This document shows positions 7,418-11,916 of a stretch of DNA of 11,916 bases, one piece after another. The stretch comes from Opitutales bacterium (lineage in GTDB: Bacteria; Verrucomicrobiota; Verrucomicrobiia; Opitutales; Coraliomargaritaceae): positions 1-11,916 of the forward strand of contig JBMYNR010000044.1 of NCBI GenBank assembly GCA_049598495.1, in the 5' to 3' direction. The stretch's first letter is position 1. Every line of letters begins with the position of its first letter. Made by a program: the position numbers and the translations under genes. The notes beneath the pieces were generated by a model, which saw only the letters and a program-made list of their open reading frames with translations, was not told the DNA's origin and did not search any database.

Positions 7418-7891
7418 GTGTGCGCCAAAAAAAAGTCTGCGGAGAGTCAGCGAGAGATCCGCAATGCGAAAGCAAACCACAATTACTTTGTGGGGGACCG
7501 CTTTGAATGCGGGATCGTGCTCCTAGGCACAGAGGTAAAGGCGATCCGTAACGGTGATGCGCAGATCAGTGAAGCCTTCTGCCGAATCGAAAAAGCTCAG
7601 GTCTGGCTCTACAACGCTCACATCGGGGAATACAAATTTGGCAACCTTCAAAACCACGCGCCGCGCCGTAAGCGTAAACTACTGCTACATCGTCGTGAGA
7701 TCAATAAATTGATCGGTGCGGTGGAAACGGGCGGTAAGTCGCTAATCCCCCTTCGGATCTATCTCAAGCACGGCTTGATTAAAATCGAGATCGCTCTTTG
7801 CACGGGCAAGAAGCTGCACGATAAGCGGGAAACGCTGAAAAAGAAGATTACCATGCGTGAGGCCGAGCGCGAGATGCGTAACAGGCGCTGA
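7418..7891 (+). CDS. smpB: SsrA-binding protein SmpB
   Basis: NAKANHNY, GIVLLGTEVKAIR, RKRKLLLHRREI, PLRIY and GKKLHDKRE motifs; GTG start. Confidence 0.97.
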   Translation: MCAKKKSAESQREIRNAKANHNYFVGDRFECGIVLLGTEVKAIRNGDAQISEAFCRIEKAQVWLYNAHIGEYKFGNLQNHAPRRKRKLLLHRREINKLIGAVETGGKSLIPLRIYLKHGLIKIEIALCTGKKLHDKRETLKKKITMREAEREMRNRR

Positions 7892-8048
7892 GCGTCTGAT
7901 TGAAGTGAGACTGAAAATAGCTTGTGTGCTCTAGAATCTTTCCAACTCTGGCAAGGATTTGATATGCTAAGCTTTGCTCTGTATCATTCGATCGATTCCC
8001 TGCGCGAGGGGGTTGACCCGTGTGGCTTTTCAGATTCTTGTTTTCTTA

Positions 8049-8477
8049 GTGAACGACCCGAGCCGAGATTTCAATGAAGTGATTCGAACCATTCGGAAGG
8101 AGGACCCACGCTACGCGCGAGGTGCCTATTACTTCCTGCGGCAGGCTCTTGATTACAGCCTGAAGGAGTTGCACAAGCGCGGCGAGCTCGACAAGTCGAA
8201 CCACCTATCGGGTGGACAACTCCTGGAGGGAATCCGCATGTATGCGATCGATCAATTCGGCCCGATGGCACGACCTGTCCTCGAGCATTGGGGTATTCAC
8301 GAGTGTCGTGATTTCGGTAATATCGTCTTCAACTTGGTCGAGTGTAAGGTCTTGGGTAAGACGGATCAGGATAGTGTCGAGGATTTTGCGAGTGGTTACC
8401 ATTTTTCAGCTGCTTTTGATAAACCGTTCCGCCCAGAGCGGATTAAGCCGACCACGAAGAGGCCCAGAATGGGCTAG
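8049..8477 (+). CDS. Verrucomicrobia/Planctomycetes-restricted conserved protein (Minf_1886-like), function unknown
   Basis: Recognised from the pattern DPRY..AY.F...AL, HLSG.QLLEG.R.YA..QFG.MA..VL..WG....DFGNIVFNLV...LGK..DS..DF. Start placed at GTG 8049 (uncertain; the ORF extends to 7974). Confidence 0.8.
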   Translation: MNDPSRDFNEVIRTIRKEDPRYARGAYYFLRQALDYSLKELHKRGELDKSNHLSGGQLLEGIRMYAIDQFGPMARPVLEHWGIHECRDFGNIVFNLVECKVLGKTDQDSVEDFASGYHFSAAFDKPFRPERIKPTTKRPRMG

Positions 8478-8506
8478 GAACAGAAGGCTTCGGGCCTTCC
8501 GTGTTC
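8478..8506. terminator. Stem-loop directly after the stop codon, possible weak terminator
   Basis: GAAGGC-ttcgg-GCCTTC (8483-8499), extendable by GAAC/GTTC; no good U-tract. Confidence 0.4.
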
Positions 8507-8574
8507 AATCTGTATCGCGGGGACATACAGCTCCACTCTAAAGCTGGAGGGTGGCATCCTGTGGAAGCTTTATT

Positions 8575-8886
8575 TAGAGCCGATTGTATTTAGTTAGAAC
8601 TTCTGGTGAGAGCCGTTTCGAGAGCTGCGCAAGGCGTCCAGCCAGGCGTGCACCGAGGTGCATCACTGACTGGACAAGGCCGTGACCTCTCGAACAAGAC
8701 CTCATCCTTGCCCGTTCGGCGAGCTCAGGGCCTTGAATCGATCGAAAGGCGGGACTGGGGGGATGTTTGCTTCCAGCTGCGTTGGTCGCAGCGATACGGG
8801 ACTGGACCCGCACCCGCTGCACCCGTCTGGCTGGTAACAAAAATGACACCCAGCCGGTTATTCTACCTAAATGCAAATTGCTTGTA
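8575..8886. mobile_element. MITE-like non-autonomous element with imperfect terminal inverted repeats and two long internal hairpins
   Basis: AGCCGATTGTATTTAGTTAGAA (8578-8599) versus the reverse complement of 8861-8882, AGCAATTTGCATTTAGGTAGAA: 17/22 identical. TA lies just outside both ends. Hairpins at 8605-8706 and 8752-8855. Confidence 0.65.
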
Positions 8887-8957
8887 GGTTACTCCCCGAT
8901 GAGTGACCCGCTTTTTGAGCCCTTGTGAAAATTTCAGGCATGTCAAAAAACTATCTT

Positions 8958-9021
8958 AGTAGAGTCGAGGAGCGGGAACCGTGATACGAGGTCAAGACGG
9001 CTCCTGCTCCCCGTCTCTACT
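8958..9021. repeat. GTAG...CTAC REP-like long palindrome
   Basis: AGTAGAG/CTCTACT, CG/CG, GGAGC/GCTCC, GGGA/TCCT and CCGT/ACGG arms around a 14-nt loop. Confidence 0.75.
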
Positions 9022-9126
9022 TGTAGGATTCATTTCTCGAGTATAGTTGTGTGTTCGCCTGCTTGAGTCATCCCAAACTTAGTGTGGAAATTGATCGTTT
9101 CTATGTTTTACTAGCGCGCTCCTATT

Positions 9127-11709
9127 ATGGAAATCAGCCCAAGTCATTTCTCATCCGTCGAACCGCATGACCTCATTGAGCGTCTTTTTCGTGCTCCTGT
9201 GGAGCGGCACAGTCTGGACAATGGTCTTACCCTTGTGCACCGCCCTGATTTTTCGAGTGAGGTGGTTTCCGTTCAGGTTTGGGTAAAGACGGGTAGTATT
9301 CACGAGGATGCTCTCATTGGCTCGGGGCTATCCCACTACCTTGAGCATATGCTGTTCAAGGGCACCGTGCGGCGAGATGGAAAATCGATCAGCCGGGAGG
9401 TCCATGCCATGGGAGGATCAATTAATGCTTACACGACCTTTGACAGAACGGTCTATTACATTGATGCCCCGTCTTCCGCCTTCGGGCAGGTGGTCGATCT
9501 GCTCTCCGATATCGTGCTGCACTCGACTTTGCCCACGCATGAAGTGGAGCGGGAACGCGACGTGATTCTTCGCGAGATTGATATGGGGCTAGACGATGCC
9601 GATCGCCAGTTGAGCCAGGCACTCTTTCGCACAGCCTTTCAAAAACATCCCTACCGTGAGCCGGTCATCGGCCACCGGGCTCTCTTCGAACAGGTAACAG
9701 CCGAGGAATTAAAGGATTATTATCACGCCCGTTATGTGCCGAACAACATGGTCGTCAGTATTGTTGGTGCGGTCACTCCGAAGGCCTGCTTGGCCGCAGT
9801 GGAGGGCTGTTTTGGCAAGGTCCCGCGGGGACGTTTAGCTCCCGTGCAGGTCGAGGAGGAACCGATCCAGTTGGCCATCCGGCGCGAGGATATTATCGGT
9901 GATTACAATATCTTTAGAGGCGGCCTTGGCTTCAAAGTGCCGCACCTGAGCCACGAGGATTCTTCTAAACTGGACGCGTTGGCGCAGGCACTTGGGGGCG
10001 GTGAAAGCTCCCTTCTTTGGGAGCGTCTCCGCAACCAGCAAAAGCTGGTCACCTATATCGACTGTCGGAACTGGAACCCTGGTGGGCGTGGTCTCTTTTG
10101 GATTTCCTACGTTTGCGACCCCAGTAAGAGCGTAAAGGTTGAGTCTGCTGTTCAATCTGTTTTGAGAGAGGTGGTTGAACAAGGCCTGCCTGAATCAGTT
10201 GTTGAGAAAGCCCGTAGACAGGCGCTCAGTTCGGAGATCAATGGACGGAAGACCATGAGTGGGCAGGCTTCGCGCCTCGGACTGGGTGAGGTCGTGATTG
10301 GTGATATTTATTATGGCCGGCGCTATCTAAAGCGCCTGCAAGCGGTATGTTCTTCTGATTTGAAGGATGTGGCCAAGCGCTATCTTGTGGAAGAGAGCCT
10401 ATCGGCGGTCACACTCGGGCCGATTTCCGATATTGGGGCAGAGCAGTCGACCCTTGAGGAGAAGCTTTCGCTGAAACCTTTTCAGCAAATCAATCTAGAG
10501 AGTGGCGTGCGTCTCTTGCTGCAACCGGATTTTCGGCTACCCAAAGTCCATCTTCGTTGTGTGATGCTGGGCGGCCCTGTTTATGAATCAGCGGACCAGC
10601 GTGGCATCTCAGCGCTCCTCGCTGAGCTTCTGACCAAAGATACGGAGCGCCGCAGCGCGCAGGAGATAGCCGAGCTGATCGAGAGTATTGGCGGAAGTTT
10701 TTCAGCTACCTGTGGTAATAACACCATTAGCTTCGCGATCGAGGTGCTGCCCGGTGATATCAAGACAGGTCTCGAACTCTTGAGTGATGCCCTAGTGCAG
10801 CCGAGGTTTGATTCGATGACATTCGAAACAGAGCGTGAAGCGCAGATTGCCAGCTTGCGTGAGGATGATGACGAGATCCTCGAATACGGATTCCGGAGAT
10901 TGCGTGAACGATTCTTTGGCGAACATCCTTTCAGTGTGGCTCCAGACGGCCGGATAGAAGATCTCGAACGGCTCACGGTCGATGATGTGCGTGCGCAATT
11001 TACCCAGCTTGTCCGAGCCGATAATATTATAATTTCGATCACGGGTGACTTCGATCCGCAGACGCTTGATTCGGAGCTGACATCCCTTCTTGAAGAGGGA
11101 TTGTGCACGGATGCATTCACTGCAAGTGCACCGGATTGCTTCATCCAAACCGCCGCCCACATAGGTAAAGAAGATATGGACCGTGAGCAGGCGGTCGTGC
11201 TTCAAGCTTATCCGGATACAGGTATCCAAGAGCGGGACTTCGTCTTGGGCGAGGTGCTGAATGAACTTTTCAGTGGGATGTCCAGTCGCCTTTTCGAACG
11301 GATCCGTGAGGATCAGGGTATGGCCTACTATGTGGGTTCAACACGCGTGATTGGGTTGCGCAACGGTATGTTTGTATTCTACGCGGGCACCCATCCGAGC
11401 CAGGCTGAGGCCGTCGTCCGTGAGATCAATCTCGAGATTGAGCGAGTCGCCAGTGGGGAGGTCACAGAGGAGGAGTTGGCCCGCTGCCGCACGCGACTCA
11501 AAGCCGCACGTCCAATGGGCAAGCAAACCATCGGGGCTCGGGCCATGCACGCTGCGATTCAAGTGAGCTACGGTTTACCAATCGATGACGATGCCGAACA
11601 TGCTGGTAAACTTGACGCGGTGGATGCGGAGTCGCTGGCCCGATTCGCTAGGGAGTATTTATCGGAAGAGAAGCGCGTCCAACTCATCGTCGGCCCCGAG
11701 TCGGTATAA
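9127..11709 (+). CDS. M16 (pitrilysin/insulinase) family zinc metallopeptidase, PqqL-like, 860 aa
   Basis: HXXEH motif (SHYLEHMLFKGT), GGSINAYT, a second M16 module lacking the zinc motif (ALLAELL) and a C-terminal RLFERIREDQGMAY Arg/Tyr region. No obvious signal peptide. Confidence 0.93.
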   Translation: MEISPSHFSSVEPHDLIERLFRAPVERHSLDNGLTLVHRPDFSSEVVSVQVWVKTGSIHEDALIGSGLSHYLEHMLFKGTVRRDGKSISREVHAMGGSINAYTTFDRTVYYIDAPSSAFGQVVDLLSDIVLHSTLPTHEVERERDVILREIDMGLDDADRQLSQALFRTAFQKHPYREPVIGHRALFEQVTAEELKDYYHARYVPNNMVVSIVGAVTPKACLAAVEGCFGKVPRGRLAPVQVEEEPIQLAIRREDIIGDYNIFRGGLGFKVPHLSHEDSSKLDALAQALGGGESSLLWERLRNQQKLVTYIDCRNWNPGGRGLFWISYVCDPSKSVKVESAVQSVLREVVEQGLPESVVEKARRQALSSEINGRKTMSGQASRLGLGEVVIGDIYYGRRYLKRLQAVCSSDLKDVAKRYLVEESLSAVTLGPISDIGAEQSTLEEKLSLKPFQQINLESGVRLLLQPDFRLPKVHLRCVMLGGPVYESADQRGISALLAELLTKDTERRSAQEIAELIESIGGSFSATCGNNTISFAIEVLPGDIKTGLELLSDALVQPRFDSMTFETEREAQIASLREDDDEILEYGFRRLRERFFGEHPFSVAPDGRIEDLERLTVDDVRAQFTQLVRADNIIISITGDFDPQTLDSELTSLLEEGLCTDAFTASAPDCFIQTAAHIGKEDMDREQAVVLQAYPDTGIQERDFVLGEVLNELFSGMSSRLFERIREDQGMAYYVGSTRVIGLRNGMFVFYAGTHPSQAEAVVREINLEIERVASGEVTEEELARCRTRLKAARPMGKQTIGARAMHAAIQVSYGLPIDDDAEHAGKLDAVDAESLARFAREYLSEEKRVQLIVGPESV

Positions 11710-11731
11710 AAGCAACTGTGTCATCGTCAAA

Positions 11732-11819
11732 GTCGGGGCCCTACAAACTGATTGTTTTCGTAGGGCTCGACCGCTTGACTCGGCGTAGCTCGGCGAGCGA
11801 AGACGGTGGGTCGATGCCG
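11732..11819. repeat. Composite GTAG-type REP-like cluster downstream of the peptidase
   Basis: GTCGGGGCCCTAC (11732-11744) is inverted to GTAGGGCTCGAC (11760-11771). TCGACC (11767-11772) also pairs with GGTCGA (11809-11814) around a ~32-nt insert. Confidence 0.65.
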
Positions 11820-11916
11820 GGCCGACTACCACGATGCACACCAGTCCTTCCCCGCAAAATGGTAAGTCCCTCAGATTTGTCCCTAATCAAAATTGATAGC
11901 GAGTTCAGCGGGAGTG

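Noticed and set aside
8574..8887. ORFs of 100 aa (-) and 93 aa (+) spanning the MITE-like element
   Set aside because: No RBS or protein motifs; open frames of this length are common in GC-rich palindromic DNA.
8912..8949. TTTTTGA...TCAAAAA inverted repeat with a minus-strand TTGACA
   Set aside because: The stem is AT-rich and interrupted, and no -10 lies at a proper spacing.
8478..9126. tmRNA, tRNA or riboswitch near smpB
   Set aside because: No tRNA-like acceptor and T-arm ends, no tag reading frame and no riboswitch consensus that I recognise. An Rfam scan would be decisive.

Overview
Mostly housekeeping DNA from a bacterium that looks like Verrucomicrobiota (Opitutales-like; inferred from protein style and a PVC-restricted gene). 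The minus strand carries rplM-rpsI, a terminator, then the cyclic-pathway arginine cluster argC-argJ-argB-argD-argF. The plus strand carries rpoZ (TTG start), smpB, a Verrucomicrobia/Planctomycetes-restricted protein of unknown function and an 860-aa M16 zinc peptidase. The unusual signal is non-coding. Every spacer upstream of an arg gene holds a short degenerate tandem array (7-nt period before argF, argD, argJ and argC; 9- and 10-nt periods before argB), mostly where a ribosome-binding site would sit. A ~310-bp MITE-like element (8575-8886) has imperfect terminal inverted repeats and two long hairpins. GTAG-type REP-like palindromes flank the peptidase. Two short CTTG-led palindromic units appear to be nested inside other repeats. 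No tRNA, tmRNA, CRISPR array or transposase was seen. All assignments were made by eye, without database searches.
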